In this document: piece by piece, positions 20,455-32,500 of the stretch
How positions within the stretch are numbered: the first letter of the stretch is position 1
How the letters are laid out: each line of letters starts with the position of its first letter
Origin: an uncultured Bradyrhizobium sp.
Lineage (GTDB): Bacteria > Pseudomonadota > Alphaproteobacteria > Rhizobiales > Xanthobacteraceae
Assembly (NCBI GenBank): GCA_964504705.1
Contig: CAZDEZ010000011.1
Span: 870-64,869 of the forward strand
Length of the DNA: 64,000 bases
Reading direction: 5' to 3'
The notes under the pieces: model-generated
The model's database searches: none
What the model was told of the DNA's origin: nothing
Seen by the model: only the letters and a program-made list of their open reading frames with translations
Program-made: the position numbers and the translations under genes

Positions 20455-20496
20455 CTGCCCTCGCCCTGCGACGTCATTTTTCCGGCATTGACTGGC

Positions 20497-20538
20497 ATGA
20501 TCTGAATCAAGAGTATCCGGCGGGCAGCCAATAGACTT
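20497..20538 (+). promoter_or_regulatory. FNR/FixK-type box ATGAT-N4-ATCAA with TAGACT -10 element
   Basis: One mismatch to TTGAT-N4-ATCAA at 20497-20510; TAGACT at 20533-20538; class II geometry puts the TSS near 20545. Confidence 0.6.
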
Positions 20539-20546
20539 TTCGCTCA

Positions 20547-22085
20547 ATGGCACCCGAGCCGGCATCCCCCGCGCAACTGAAGATCCGCCGCGTCCGGCTC
20601 GACACCGGCCGCGAGAACGTCATCGTCATTTCGCGGCGGTCGAAGGGCCTTCGCGCCGAGCTCTTTCGCGGCTTCAGCCGGGTCGAGCTGCGCTGCGACG
20701 GCAAGGTGCTGCTCGCCACGCTGCTGATCACCGATGACGGCCTGGTCGCGCCCGACGAGATCGGCCTCGCCGAGCCTGCCTTTCGCCGCTTTGCCGAACC
20801 GGAAGGACGGCTGGTCACCGTCACGCCCGCCGTCCCGCCCGACAGCCTCGGCGCGGTGCGGGCCAAGATCCAGGGACAGACCCTGAGCGATGCCGAGATC
20901 GAGGCGATCGTCGGCGACATCGCCCGCTACCGCTATTCGGACATGGAAATCGCCGCGTTCCTGGTGGGCTCTGCGAGCTTCATGAGCAGCAGCGAACTGA
21001 TCGCGCTGACGCGCGCGATGGCGCAGGCGGGTACGCAGTTGAAATGGCCCGAAACGATGGTGGTGGACAAGCACTGCATCGGCGGCATCCCCGGCAACCG
21101 TACCTCGATGATCGTGGTGCCGATCGTGGCGGCGCACGGGCTCACGATCCCGAAGACCTCTTCGCGCGCCATCACTTCCCCGGCGGGCACCGCCGATACC
21201 ATGGAAGTACTGGCACGGGTCAATGTCGACGCCGACGAGATGAAGTCGATCGTCGCAGCCTGCAACGGCTGCCTGATCTGGGGCGGGCATGTGAATCTGT
21301 CGCCGGCCGACGACGTCCTGATCTCGGTGGAGCGGCCGCTCTGCCTCGATACCCGCGAGCAGATGGTCGCCTCGATCATCTCCAAGAAGGTCGCGGCCGG
21401 CTCGACCCATCTGCTGATCGACCTGCCGGTCGGCCCGACCGCCAAGCTCGCCGGCACCGCCGAGGCGATGCGGCTCCGGAAACTCTTCGAGTTCGTGGGC
21501 GACCGCTTCGGGCTCTCCGTCGAGGTGATTACGACCGACGGTCGCCAGCCGATCGGCAACGGCATCGGTCCGGTGCTGGAAGCCGAGGACGTGATGGCGG
21601 TGCTTTCCGGCGATCCCGCGGCACCCGTGGATTTGCGCGAAAAGTCGTTGCGGCTTGCCGCGCATCTGCTCGAATACGACCCCGCGCTTCGCGGCGGCGC
21701 CGGCTACGCCCGGGCGCGAGACCTGCTCGAAAGCGGTGCCGCGCTGACACAAATGCACCGAATCATGGACGCGCAGGGCCCGTCGGATTGCAACAGCGAT
21801 CTCGGCCCTCTCACCTTCGAGGTGAAGGCGCCGCGCGACGGCATCGTTTCCGGCATCGACTGCCTGCAGCTCAACCGGCTGGGACGCACGGCGGGCGCGC
21901 CGCTCGACAAGGGCGCCGGCATCAGACTGTTCAAGAAGATCGGCGACCGCGTCGAACAGGGCGAGCCGCTGTACCGGGTGCACACCTTCGACAAGCCGGA
22001 ATACACCCTCGCCGAAACGGCAGCCGTTGCCGACAGCGGCTATGCCATCGCTGCGACGACGCCGCGCGGCAAGGCCTCGCCGTGA
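20547..22085 (+). CDS. AMP phosphorylase-like (thymidine phosphorylase family, archaeal AMPpase-type subgroup)
   Basis: [46 protein letters not shown]; extra N-terminal domain absent from classical DeoA. Confidence 0.88.
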   Translation: MAPEPASPAQLKIRRVRLDTGRENVIVISRRSKGLRAELFRGFSRVELRCDGKVLLATLLITDDGLVAPDEIGLAEPAFRRFAEPEGRLVTVTPAVPPDSLGAVRAKIQGQTLSDAEIEAIVGDIARYRYSDMEIAAFLVGSASFMSSSELIALTRAMAQAGTQLKWPETMVVDKHCIGGIPGNRTSMIVVPIVAAHGLTIPKTSSRAITSPAGTADTMEVLARVNVDADEMKSIVAACNGCLIWGGHVNLSPADDVLISVERPLCLDTREQMVASIISKKVAAGSTHLLIDLPVGPTAKLAGTAEAMRLRKLFEFVGDRFGLSVEVITTDGRQPIGNGIGPVLEAEDVMAVLSGDPAAPVDLREKSLRLAAHLLEYDPALRGGAGYARARDLLESGAALTQMHRIMDAQGPSDCNSDLGPLTFEVKAPRDGIVSGIDCLQLNRLGRTAGAPLDKGAGIRLFKKIGDRVEQGEPLYRVHTFDKPEYTLAETAAVADSGYAIAATTPRGKASP

Positions 22086-22969
22086 CTGCCGCGGTCCTGC
22101 ACTGCCTGCCGTCCGGCATCGCCGCGGCAAGGCCGCTGGCGGCCCGGCTCGGCTTGCCGCTGCACGAGATCGGGCTTCACCGGTTTCCCGACGGCGAGCT
22201 TCGCGTCACGGTGGGCTCCGCCGCGCCGACAAGCATCGTCTACGCCTCCCTCGACCAGCCGAACGACAAGCTGATTGCGATCCTGTTCGCCGCGGAGGCG
22301 CTGCGGCGCGGCGGCGCGCGACGTCTGGTGCTGGTCGCGCCGTACCTGTGCTACATGCGCCAGGATGCGGCTTTCCATCCGGGCGAAGCGATCAGCCAGC
22401 GTGCGGTCGGCCGGATGCTTGCCGGAAACTTCGACCGCGTGATCACGGTGGACGCGCATCTGCATCGCACCGCCGATATCGGCGCCGTATTCCCCGGCAT
22501 CGAGGCGGACAACCTGTCGGCCATGCCGGCCATCGCCGATGCGCTCGCCGGCATCGATCGCGCAACCGTGCTGGCCGGTCCCGACGCGGAATCGCGGCAA
22601 TGGGTCGGCGACCTCGCCGCACGGCTCGGGCTCGACCACGCGGTCGGGCGCAAGACACGCCGCGGCGACCGCTCGGTCGAAATCGACTTCGCCGGAGAAG
22701 CGGCGGTGGCGGGACGGCCGGTGCTGCTGGTCGACGACATCGTCTCCTCCGGCGGCACGCTGGCGACATGCGCAAGGGCCTTGCGCGCCGCGGGCGCCAT
22801 CGCCATCGATGCCGTCGTCACCCACGCGCTGTTTCCGCCCGACATGGCCGACGAATTCGCCCGCGCCGGAATCCGTTCGATCCGCTCGACGTCGAGCGTT
22901 CCGCATCCGACCAACACCATCCCGCTCGACGCCGTGCTCGCCGCCGCGCTGCGCCGCGAACTGGATTGA
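22082..22969 (+). CDS. Ribose-phosphate pyrophosphokinase-like protein
   Basis: [19 protein letters not shown] loop [12 protein letters not shown]; GTGA overlap with the upstream gene. Confidence 0.9.
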   Translation: MTAAVLHCLPSGIAAARPLAARLGLPLHEIGLHRFPDGELRVTVGSAAPTSIVYASLDQPNDKLIAILFAAEALRRGGARRLVLVAPYLCYMRQDAAFHPGEAISQRAVGRMLAGNFDRVITVDAHLHRTADIGAVFPGIEADNLSAMPAIADALAGIDRATVLAGPDAESRQWVGDLAARLGLDHAVGRKTRRGDRSVEIDFAGEAAVAGRPVLLVDDIVSSGGTLATCARALRAAGAIAIDAVVTHALFPPDMADEFARAGIRSIRSTSSVPHPTNTIPLDAVLAAALRRELD

Positions 22970-22979
22970 GGAGAACCGC

Positions 22980-24578
22980 ATGAGCGTCACCCTTCGATTT
23001 TGCGGCGCCGCGCGCACCGTGACCGGCTCCTGCTATCTGGTCGAAACCGCATCGGGCCGCTTCCTGATCGATTGCGGATTGTTCCAGGGCCAGAAGACGC
23101 TGAAGGAGCTGAATTACGGCGCCTTCCCGTTTCGCCCCGCCGACGTCGATGCCGTGTTGCTCACCCACGCCCATATCGACCACAGCGGCATGTTGCCCAA
23201 ACTGGTCCGCGAGGGCTTTGACGGCAGCATCTTCGCGACGCGGGGAACCATCGATCTTTGTTCCGTGATGCTGCCGGATGCCGGCAACATCCAGGAATTC
23301 GAAGTCGCCACCCTCAATCGTCGCAATGCCGCGCGCGGGCGGAGCGACGTGACGCCGATCTACACCGAGGCCGACGCCGTCGCTTCGCTGCGATCGTTCC
23401 GGCCGGTCGACTACGAAAGCTGGATCGACGTGATGCCCGGGGTTCGCGCCCGCTACTGGAACGCGGGTCATCTGCTGGGCTCGGCCTCCATCGAAATCGA
23501 ATGCGCCGACGCCGCGCGTCCGGGCCGGCCGCTGCGCCTGCTGGCATCGGGCGACATCGGCCCGGAAGCAAAGCTGCTGCAGCCCGATCCCAAGGCGCCG
23601 GCCGCCTTCGACTATGTGATTTCGGAATCGACCTACGGGGACCGCATCCGCCCCGCCACCACGCCGCAACAGCGCCGCGAGCGCCTCGCAGCCGAAGTTC
23701 GCGATGCCGCGAACGCCAGGGGCGCAATGCTCATTCCAGCCTTCGCGGTCGAACGCACCCAGGAATTGCTCGTCGATCTCGTCGGCCTCATGGAACGCGG
23801 CGAGGTGCCGGCGGCGCCGGTGTTTCTGGATTCGCCGCTGGCGATCCAGGCCACCGACGTGTTCCGCAAGCACGCCGCCAGCCTCGACAGCGACGTCGAC
23901 ATCAACAGGATATTCGCCTCGCCCCACCTGCGCTTCACCGAAACCGTCAACGAGAGCAAGGCGATCGCCAAGCTCACCGGCTTCCATATCGTCGTCGCCG
24001 CCAGCGGCATGTGCGACGCCGGCCGCATCCGCCACCACCTCAAGCGCTGGCTATGGAACAACCGCACGACCGTCCTGCTGGTTGGATATCAGGCGCACGG
24101 CACGCTCGGCCGCTTCCTGCAGGACGGCGCCAGGGCCGTTCGTATCCAGGGCGAGGAGATCAGGGTGGCTGCCCGCATCCGCATGCTGGATGAATACTCC
24201 GGCCATGCCGACGGCGCGGAAGTCGCGCGCTGGATCGCGGCGCGCCGCCCGATCGAACGCGGGCTCTTTCTGGTGCACGGTGAAGAGCCCGCCATCGCCG
24301 GCCTTGCCGGACGGGTCGCCGAACGCATCCTCCCTGCGGCCAGGATCTACCAACCGCTGCTGGACGACACCTACGAGTTGGCAGCGCCGGAGCCGAGGCT
24401 GCTGGACGGCGAACGCCGCCGCCGTCTCGCGCCGGAAGCGGTTACGCACCTCGACTGGCACAACGACATGTCGCGCCTCATACTTGACATCAACGACGAG
24501 GTCCGGTCCGCCGCCGACGATCGCGCCCGCGGCGTCATCATCCGCCGCCTCCGCCGCGCGCTGGAGAATGCCGGCTAG
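22980..24578 (+). CDS. MBL-fold beta-CASP ribonuclease
   Basis: GAARTVTGS, THAHIDH, NAGHLLGS, ESTYGDR, SGMCDAG, YSGHAD, LVHGE. Confidence 0.93.
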   Translation: MSVTLRFCGAARTVTGSCYLVETASGRFLIDCGLFQGQKTLKELNYGAFPFRPADVDAVLLTHAHIDHSGMLPKLVREGFDGSIFATRGTIDLCSVMLPDAGNIQEFEVATLNRRNAARGRSDVTPIYTEADAVASLRSFRPVDYESWIDVMPGVRARYWNAGHLLGSASIEIECADAARPGRPLRLLASGDIGPEAKLLQPDPKAPAAFDYVISESTYGDRIRPATTPQQRRERLAAEVRDAANARGAMLIPAFAVERTQELLVDLVGLMERGEVPAAPVFLDSPLAIQATDVFRKHAASLDSDVDINRIFASPHLRFTETVNESKAIAKLTGFHIVVAASGMCDAGRIRHHLKRWLWNNRTTVLLVGYQAHGTLGRFLQDGARAVRIQGEEIRVAARIRMLDEYSGHADGAEVARWIAARRPIERGLFLVHGEEPAIAGLAGRVAERILPAARIYQPLLDDTYELAAPEPRLLDGERRRRLAPEAVTHLDWHNDMSRLILDINDEVRSAADDRARGVIIRRLRRALENAG

Positions 24579-24734
24579 CTCCATCGTGCGGCCGCCCGAC
24601 GCGGGCAATGCGCTCCGATGCATATCAGAGCCCCGCCGCCGGGAGCGCCGGCGCGCTTTACCGCGCGGCGGATTCCTGTTCCTACTATCCCGGACAGGCC
24701 GGGATCACATCGGCCGCTCGGGGAGAGATTTACC

Positions 24735-26369
24735 ATGAAGCTGGGTGCTGCCATTGCCGAGATCATGAGGCGCGAGGGCATCGAGATCCTCTGCGGCTAT
24801 CCGGTCAACCACCTCATCGAATTCGCCGCCGCGGTGAACATCCGCCCCATCATGGTGCGCCAGGAACGCATCGGCCTGCACATGGCCGATGCGATCTCGC
24901 GCGTCACCTCCGGCGGCAGCATCGGCGCATTCTGCATGCAGCACGGCCCCGGTTCGGAGAACGCCATGGGCGGCGTGGCGCAATGCTACGGCGACTCGGT
25001 GCCCGTGTTGGTGCTGCCGATGGGCTATGCGCGCCGGCTCGCCCACATCGACCCCAATTTCAATTCCACCCAGGCGATGAAGGCGTTCTCGAAATCCTCC
25101 GAGCCGATCATCCTCGCATCCGAAGTCTGCAATATCTTCCGCCGCGCCTTCACCAAACTGAAGAACGGCCGCGGCGGGCCCGTCATCGTCGAGATCCCCG
25201 CCGACATGTGGAACGAAGAGGTGCCGGAGCCGCTCGCCTACACGCCGGTGCTGCGCACCCGCTATGGGGCCGATCCCCTGCATGTGAAGGAAGCAGCAAG
25301 CCTGCTGGTGGCCGCGAAGCGGCCGGTGATCTATGCCGGCCAGGGCGTCCACTACGCCAAGGCATGGCCGCAACTGAAGCGGCTCGCCGAACGGCTGGCG
25401 ATCCCCGTCACCACAAGCCTCGGCGGCAAGTCGTCCTTCCCGGAGACGCATCCGCTGTCGCTCGGCTCGGGCGGCCTCGCCGTGCCGCGGGCGGTGCCGA
25501 AGTTCCTGGCCGAAGCCGACGTCATCTTCGGCATCGGCTGCTCCTTCACCGAAACCTCCTTCGGCATCGCCATGCCCAAGGGCAAGACCATCATCCACGC
25601 CACGCTCGATCCCAATCATCTCAACAAGGACGTCGAGGCGAAGATCGGCCTCGTCGGCGACGCCGGCCTCGTGCTCGACGCGCTGCTGGAGGAGATCGGC
25701 AAGACAGTCAAGTCCGACCGCGACCACAGCGCGGTGGCCGCCGAGATCGCGGCGTCGCACAAGGAGTGGCTGGCCAAGTGGATGCCGAAGCTGACCTCGA
25801 ACGACGCGCCGCTCAATCCCTATCGCGTGCTCTGGGACCTGCAGCACACCGTCGACATCGAAAACACCATCATCACCCATGACGCCGGCAGCCCGCGCGA
25901 CCAGCTGTCGCCGTTCTGGAAGGCGGTCGAGCCGCTCTCCTATATCGGCTGGGGCAAGACCACGCAGCTCGGCTACGGCCTCGGATTGGCAATGGGCGCC
26001 AAGCTCGCAAAACCCGACAAGCTCTGCATCAATGTCTGGGGCGATGCCGCGATCGGCTTCACCGGCATGGATTTCGAGACCGCGGTGCGCGAGCGGATCC
26101 CAATCATGTCGATCCTGCTCAACAATTTCTCCATGGCGATCGAACTGAAGGTGATGCCGATCTCGACCGAGAAGTACCGCTCGACCGACATCTCCGGCGA
26201 CTATGCCGCGATGGCGCGCGCCTTCGGCGGCCATGGCGAGCGGGTGACCAAACCCGAGGACATCATCCCCGCCATCAAGCGCGGCATCCAGAAGACCAGG
26301 GAGGGCGTGCCGGTGCTGCTGGAGTTCATCACCAGCAAGGAGACCGAGGTGTCGCGGCCGGGCACCTGA
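24735..26369 (+). CDS. Thiamine pyrophosphate-requiring enzyme (acetolactate synthase-like family)
   Basis: RQERIG catalytic Glu, HGPG, GDAA...NN TPP motif. Confidence 0.88.
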   Translation: MKLGAAIAEIMRREGIEILCGYPVNHLIEFAAAVNIRPIMVRQERIGLHMADAISRVTSGGSIGAFCMQHGPGSENAMGGVAQCYGDSVPVLVLPMGYARRLAHIDPNFNSTQAMKAFSKSSEPIILASEVCNIFRRAFTKLKNGRGGPVIVEIPADMWNEEVPEPLAYTPVLRTRYGADPLHVKEAASLLVAAKRPVIYAGQGVHYAKAWPQLKRLAERLAIPVTTSLGGKSSFPETHPLSLGSGGLAVPRAVPKFLAEADVIFGIGCSFTETSFGIAMPKGKTIIHATLDPNHLNKDVEAKIGLVGDAGLVLDALLEEIGKTVKSDRDHSAVAAEIAASHKEWLAKWMPKLTSNDAPLNPYRVLWDLQHTVDIENTIITHDAGSPRDQLSPFWKAVEPLSYIGWGKTTQLGYGLGLAMGAKLAKPDKLCINVWGDAAIGFTGMDFETAVRERIPIMSILLNNFSMAIELKVMPISTEKYRSTDISGDYAAMARAFGGHGERVTKPEDIIPAIKRGIQKTREGVPVLLEFITSKETEVSRPGT

Positions 26370-26531
26370 GCCGGCGGCCGGTCAGCAACCCGCCACTCAG
26401 AATTTCGTACGGAAAGGCTGCCTCAAGACGCCGGTGGGCGCTGGCCCTGGCGCCTCCGGGGTGGAATAATCCGGCAGGAACCGCGACGAGACGGGCAACC
26501 TGCCCTGCCTCGCCGGGCATGGATCGTTGGA

Positions 26532-29500
26532 ATGGCTGTTCTTCGCGAGGACATGTCGGTCGCGATCGATGAGCTGGAATCAGCCATCGCCGAGATCGAG
26601 TCACGCCTCGAAACCACCCGTGCCGAGCGGGACGAGGCGAAGGGCCGCCAGGTCGAACTCGAAATCGAGAATGCGAATCTGCGGCGCGAGCTCGGCCTCG
26701 CACGGGAACGCCAGAACGCCAGCGCGCAAATCCTGGCTTCCATCGCCAATACGGGCGGCGATGCCGCACATGCCCTGCAGCTGATCGCCGAGACCGCCCA
26801 GCATTTCTTCGACGCCTCCAGCGTCACCATCCGTATCACGGATGGCAAGGAATGGATTCGCACGATACGGGTCGGTCGGGGATCGGAGCAGGTCATGGCG
26901 GCCGTTCCCGCACACGAACTCGCGGTCCACGGTAAGAACGTGGCTGGACTGGTCTATCGCGAGAACCGGCAGATTCACGTTCCCGACATTGACCATGTCG
27001 ACGCTTCGATCGCCGACTTTCCGGGATGGGCGCCCGCGCGTTCCGGCGGCTCGCGCACTGTGTCGGGGACGCCTCTCCGACTCGGAGCGGGCGCGATCGG
27101 CGCGATCATCATCCACCGCGACCGGCTCCCGGCCTTTACCGCCGAGGAACTGGCGCTGCAACAGAGCTTTGCCGACCAGGCCGTGATCGCAATCGAGAAC
27201 GCGCGGCTGTTCAACGAGACGAAGGAAGCGCTGGACCAGCAGGGCGCCATCGCCTCGATCCTGTCCGCGATCAACCACGCCGGCGGCGATCTCTCCCCGG
27301 TTTTCGATTGCATCCTTGAGAACGCCCACCGTCTCTGCGACGCGCCCTGTGGAAGCCTGCAGCTCTATGAAGGCGACCGTGTCGTGCCGGTCGCGGTCCG
27401 CGGCATGACGCCTGCCTTTACCGAGTTTCTGCGCGCCGGCTATCCAATCACTGACGGCATCCGGGAAGGCCTGATGGCCGACCACCCGATTCAAACTGTG
27501 GACCTGGTGGAGGCCGCTCGCAACCGCGGCGACGAGCCGTCGCTGCGCGCCGCGCTCGAACTCGGCCGCATTCGCAGCATGATCACGGTGCCGCTGGCGA
27601 AGGATGGTGTCACTTTCGGGCGCATCGTGGCTGCCCGTCAGGAAGTGCGCCCGTTCGATGACAAGCAGACTGCCTTGCTGCAGTCGTTTGCAGCTCAGGC
27701 CGTCATCGCGATCGAGAACGCGCGGCTATTCAACGAGACAAAGGAGGCACTGGAGCAGCAGAAGGCCTCTTCCGACATCCTGCGCGTTATCAGCAGCTCG
27801 GTGGCCGACGCTCATCCGGTGTTCGATAAGATCCTCGCCAGTTGCAAGCATCTGTTCGGAAGTGACGAGACTGCCGTGCTTTTGCTGGATGGCGAAGACA
27901 CGATCAGGCTCGGGGCCTATGTCGGCAATCAGTATGAGGCGGTTGCGGCCACCTTTCCGGCGCCGTTGGAAAAGTCCCCTGCGGGCCGAGCCATTCGTGA
28001 GCAGCACGTAGTACACTACACCGACGTCGTCAACGATCCCCGGCTTACGCGTGCGGTGCGGCGAGTGGCGGAATTGGTCGGATACGAATCGATGGCCTAC
28101 GCGCCGATGCTGTCAAACGGGCGCGGCATCGGCGCAATCGGCGCTTCGCGGAACAGGGGAACGTTCAGCGACAAGGAACTGACGCTTCTGCAGAACTTCG
28201 CCGACCAGGCCGTGATCGCGATCGAGAACGCTCGGCTGTTTAACGAGACGCAGGAAGCACTGGAGCGCCAGACGGCGACCGCGGACGTGCTGAATGTCAT
28301 CAGCCGCTCTCCGACCGACGCGGGGCCCGTCTTCGACGTCATCGGCGAACGCGCGGAGAAGCTGTGCAACGCGGAGATCAGCGTCATTTCCGTCCGCGAC
28401 GGCGATCTCATCAGGATCGTCGGTATCCGTGGAATCAGCAGCGAAGGTGTAGAGCTGTTCCGCGCTCACTCCCCGATGCCGCTCGATCGCCAGACCGTGA
28501 CCGCGCGAACCATCAAGTCCGGGGCTGTCGTCCAAATCGCCGACGTCCTCGCCGACACCACGTACGACAACAAGGGTCTCGCCACGCGAACCGGCTATCG
28601 TAATTGCCTCGGCGTGCCGATGCATCACAAGGGCGAGGTCGTCGGCGCGATCTTCGTCGCCAGGAGCGAGCCCGGCCTGTTCTCCGACCACCAGATCCGT
28701 CTTCTGGAAATCTTCGCCGATCAAGCCGTGATCGCCATCCAGAACGTACGGCTGTTCAACGAAACGCAGGAGGCGCTGGAGCGCCAGACCGCCACCGCCG
28801 ACATCCTGAAAGTCATCGCCTCTTCGCCATCGGACGTGCAGCCGGTGTTCGACGCGATCGCGCAAAGCGCAAACCGCCTGATCGGCGGATTCACGACCGC
28901 GGTTCATCGCATCATCGATGACACCGTTCACCTGATGGCATTCACCTCAAGGGGGGCGGAAGCCGACGAAACCTTCAAAGCGATGTACCCCCGGCCCCAG
29001 AGCGAGGTGCCCACCGTCGCTTTGGTGCAGAACGGCGAGACCGCGCAGTTTCCCGACATCGAGGCAGCCAGTGAGCACACAAGGGAGCTCGCCCGCCTCC
29101 GTGGCTGGCGTAGCTCCACCGTCACGCCATTGATGAGCCAAGGTGCGTTCATCGGCTACATCGCCTGCACGCGGCGCGAGCCGGGCCTGCTGGCCGATCA
29201 TCATGTCCAACTGCTACGGACATTCGCTGACCAGGCCGTCATTGCCATCGAGAACACGCGGCTGTTCAACGAGACGCAGGAGGCGCTGGAGCGGCAGACC
29301 GCGACAGCCGAAATCCTGAAGGTCATCGCCTCCTCGCCGTCGGACGTGCAGCCGGTATTCGATGCAATCGCAGCCAGTTCCAAGCGGCTGCTCGGCGGCT
29401 TCTCGACCACTGTATTCCGGCTCGTCGAAGGTGTGCTGCATCTGGTGGCCTTCACACCGACCACTGCGCAGGCCGACACGGCGCTGACCGCGATGTTCCC

Positions 29501-32500
29501 GCGCCCGATTGCCGACTTCCCGCCCTTCACGATGATAAGCGACGGCCGCATGAGCCGCATCGAGGATACCGAGTCCGACGCCGGCGTGCCGCCGATGCTG
29601 CGCGACATCGCGCGTTTGCGAGGCTATCGCGCGATGCTGTTGACACCGCTGATGCGCGAAGGCGCCGTGCTTGGAATGATCAGCGTCACGCGCGAGAAAC
29701 CGGGCGCCTGGGCCGAGCACCACGCCGGTCTGCTGCGCACCTTCGCCGACCAGGCCGTGATCGCGATCGAGAATACCCGGCTGTTCAACGAGGTGAAGGC
29801 GCGCACCGAGGAGTTGAGCGAATCGCTGCAGCAGCAGACCGCGATAGGCGATGTGCTAAAGACCATCAGCCGCTCGACCTTCGACCTGCAGCCGGTGCTC
29901 GATACCCTCGTCAACACCGCCGCGCTGCTCTGCAACGCCGACATGGCCTTCATCATGCGCCGCGAAGGCGGTGAGTACCGCGCTGGGGCCGCGGTCGGCT
30001 ATACGCAAGCCTACATCGAATTCCTCACAAACCATCCGCTCGCCGTCGACCGCGGCACGGTGACCGGCCGCGCCGTGATCGAGCGGCGTCCGGTCCAGAT
30101 TCTGGACGTCGTTGCCGATCCCGAATACGCGCCGCGCGAGACCACTTCGCTCGCCGGGCAGCGCACCACGCTCGGCGTGCCGCTGCTGCGCGAGAACGAG
30201 CCGATCGGCGTGATCGTGTTGGCGCGCCAGCGCGTCGAGGCGTTCACGCAGAAGCAGATCGACCTCGTCACCACCTTTGCCGACCAGGCCGTGATCGCGA
30301 TCGAGAACGTCCGCCTGTTTGACGAACTGCGCCGGCGCACCGACGACCTTGGCGAAGCCCTGCAGCAGCAGACGGCGACCGCCGACGTCCTCAAGGTCAT
30401 CAGCCGCTCGGCATTCGACCTGAAAACGGTGCTGGATGCCCTGCTGACGTCCGCCTGCCACCTGTGCAACGCGGACATCGGGACCATACGGTACAGGGAC
30501 GACGGCGATTTCAGGCTTGCCGCAACTTTCGGCTGCCCGCCCGAATGGATCGATAAGTTCTCGGCATACTCGACGAAGGCAGACCGCGGCACGGTGTTCG
30601 GACGAACGATCATCGACGGCCACACCATCCACATTCCCGACGTACTCGCCGATCCGGACTTCAAGCGCTTTGAGGCACAAAAGCTTATGGGCTTCAGGGC
30701 TGCACTGGGCGTCCCCCTCACGCGGGAGGGACAGGTGTTTGGCGTCATCAACCTGTTTCGGTTCACGGTGAGCTCGTTTGAGGACAAGCAAATCGAGCTC
30801 GTCCAGACCTTTGCCGATCAAGCCGTCATCGCGATCGAGAACGTCCGGCTGTTCAACGAGGTCAAGGCGCGTACCGAGGAGTTGAGCGAAGCCCTGCAGC
30901 AGCAGACAGCGACCGCCGACGTGCTGAAACTGATCAGCCGCTCGGCGTTCGACCTCCAGGCGGTACTCAACACGCTGACGGAATCAGCCGCTCGCCTCTG
31001 CAATGCCGACATGGGCGCCATCGCCCTCCAGGACGAGCGCGGCTTCTATCACGCGACGAACTACAATTTCGCGATCGACTGGGTCAAGATCACCGACGGG
31101 CTCAGGCTCCAGCCGGGAAACGGCACCCTGATCGGACGAACCCTGCTGGCCTCTGCCCCCGTGCAGATCACCGACGTGCTGTCGGATCCGGACTACCAGT
31201 ATCCGGAAATGCAGCAGGCCGCCGGGTACCGATCCCTGCTCGGGGTGCCCCTGATGCGCGGCGGCGAACCGATCGGCGTCCTGTTTCTGGGCCGCAAGAC
31301 CGTGGAGCCCTACTCGGACAAGCAGATCGAGCTGGTCTCTACCTTTGCCGACCAGGCCGTGATCGCCATCGAGAACGTTCGCCTGTTCGATGAGGTGCAA
31401 GCCAAGACGCGCGACTTGCAGGAAGCCCTCACCTACCAGACCGGCAGCGCCAACATCCTGCGCGTGATCGCCTCTTCGCCCACCAACGTCGAACCGGTGC
31501 TGCAGGCGATCGTCGAAAGCGCCTGCGAGCTCTGCGAAGCTTATGACGCCATCGTGCGGTTGAGGTTCGGCGACACCCTTCGTGCCGGCGCGCATCATGG
31601 GCCAATTCCGATAGCGACGGACGAATGGCCGATCAACCGCGACTCCGCTTCGGGACGTGCGATCCTCGAAGGAGGACCGATACATGTACGCGACATGCAA
31701 TCGGCCGAGGGCGACGAGTTTCCGGATTCACAGGACCGGGCACGCCGTCTGGGACACCGCACGATTCTGAGCGTACCCCTGATCCGGGAGGGCGAAAGCG
31801 TCGGGGTGATCATCCTTCGCCGCACCGAAATAAACCCGTTCAGCGAGAAGCAGATCGCCCTGCTGCAGACCTTCGCCGACCAGGCCGTGATCGCCATCGG
31901 CAATGTCCACCTGTTCGAGGAAGTGCAGGCCAAGACGCGCGATCTTTCGGAGGCGCTCGAATTTCAGACCGCAACGGGCGATGTCCTCAACGTCATCAGC
32001 CGCTCACCGAACAATCTGCAGCCGGTGATGGACACCATCGTCGAGACGGCGCAGCGACTTTGCAGCTCGGAATATGCGCTCATCATGCAGCGGCGCGATG
32101 ACGGCTTCTACCGTATCGTCGCCCATGCCAACGCAGACCAGGGGCTGCTGGACTGGCTGCAAGAAAACCCTGTTTCGGCCGGTGACGGCTCTGCCGTCGG
32201 CATCGTCGCGATCGAGAAGAAGACGCTTCACCTTCACGATGCCCTGGCGGATTCCCGGTTCACCGATCTTCGGCGGCAGAGCGTTTCGAGAGCCCGGACC
32301 ATGCTGGCTGTCCCGCTTCTGCATGAGGACGAGATGATCGGCGTCGTCTTCCTGGGCCGCACCGAGGTGAGGCCATTCAGCGACAGGCAGGTGGAGCTGG
32401 TGACGAGCTTCGCCGATCAGGCCGTCATCGCCATTTCCAACGTCAAGTTGTTCGAGGAGGTGCAGCAACGCACCCGCGAACTGTCCAAATCCCTCGACGA

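Noticed and set aside
20547-22085. Calling this gene deoA
   Set aside because: Motifs and the extra N-terminal domain fit the AMP-phosphorylase-like subgroup; no deo operon context
22980-24578. Antibiotic-hydrolysing metallo-beta-lactamase or anti-phage nuclease
   Set aside because: beta-CASP RNA-processing motifs, no signal peptide, metabolic operon context
27170-32440. Regularly spaced ~30-bp repeats resembling a CRISPR array
   Set aside because: Period is about 520 bp, in frame, encoding the GAF terminal helix; no cas genes
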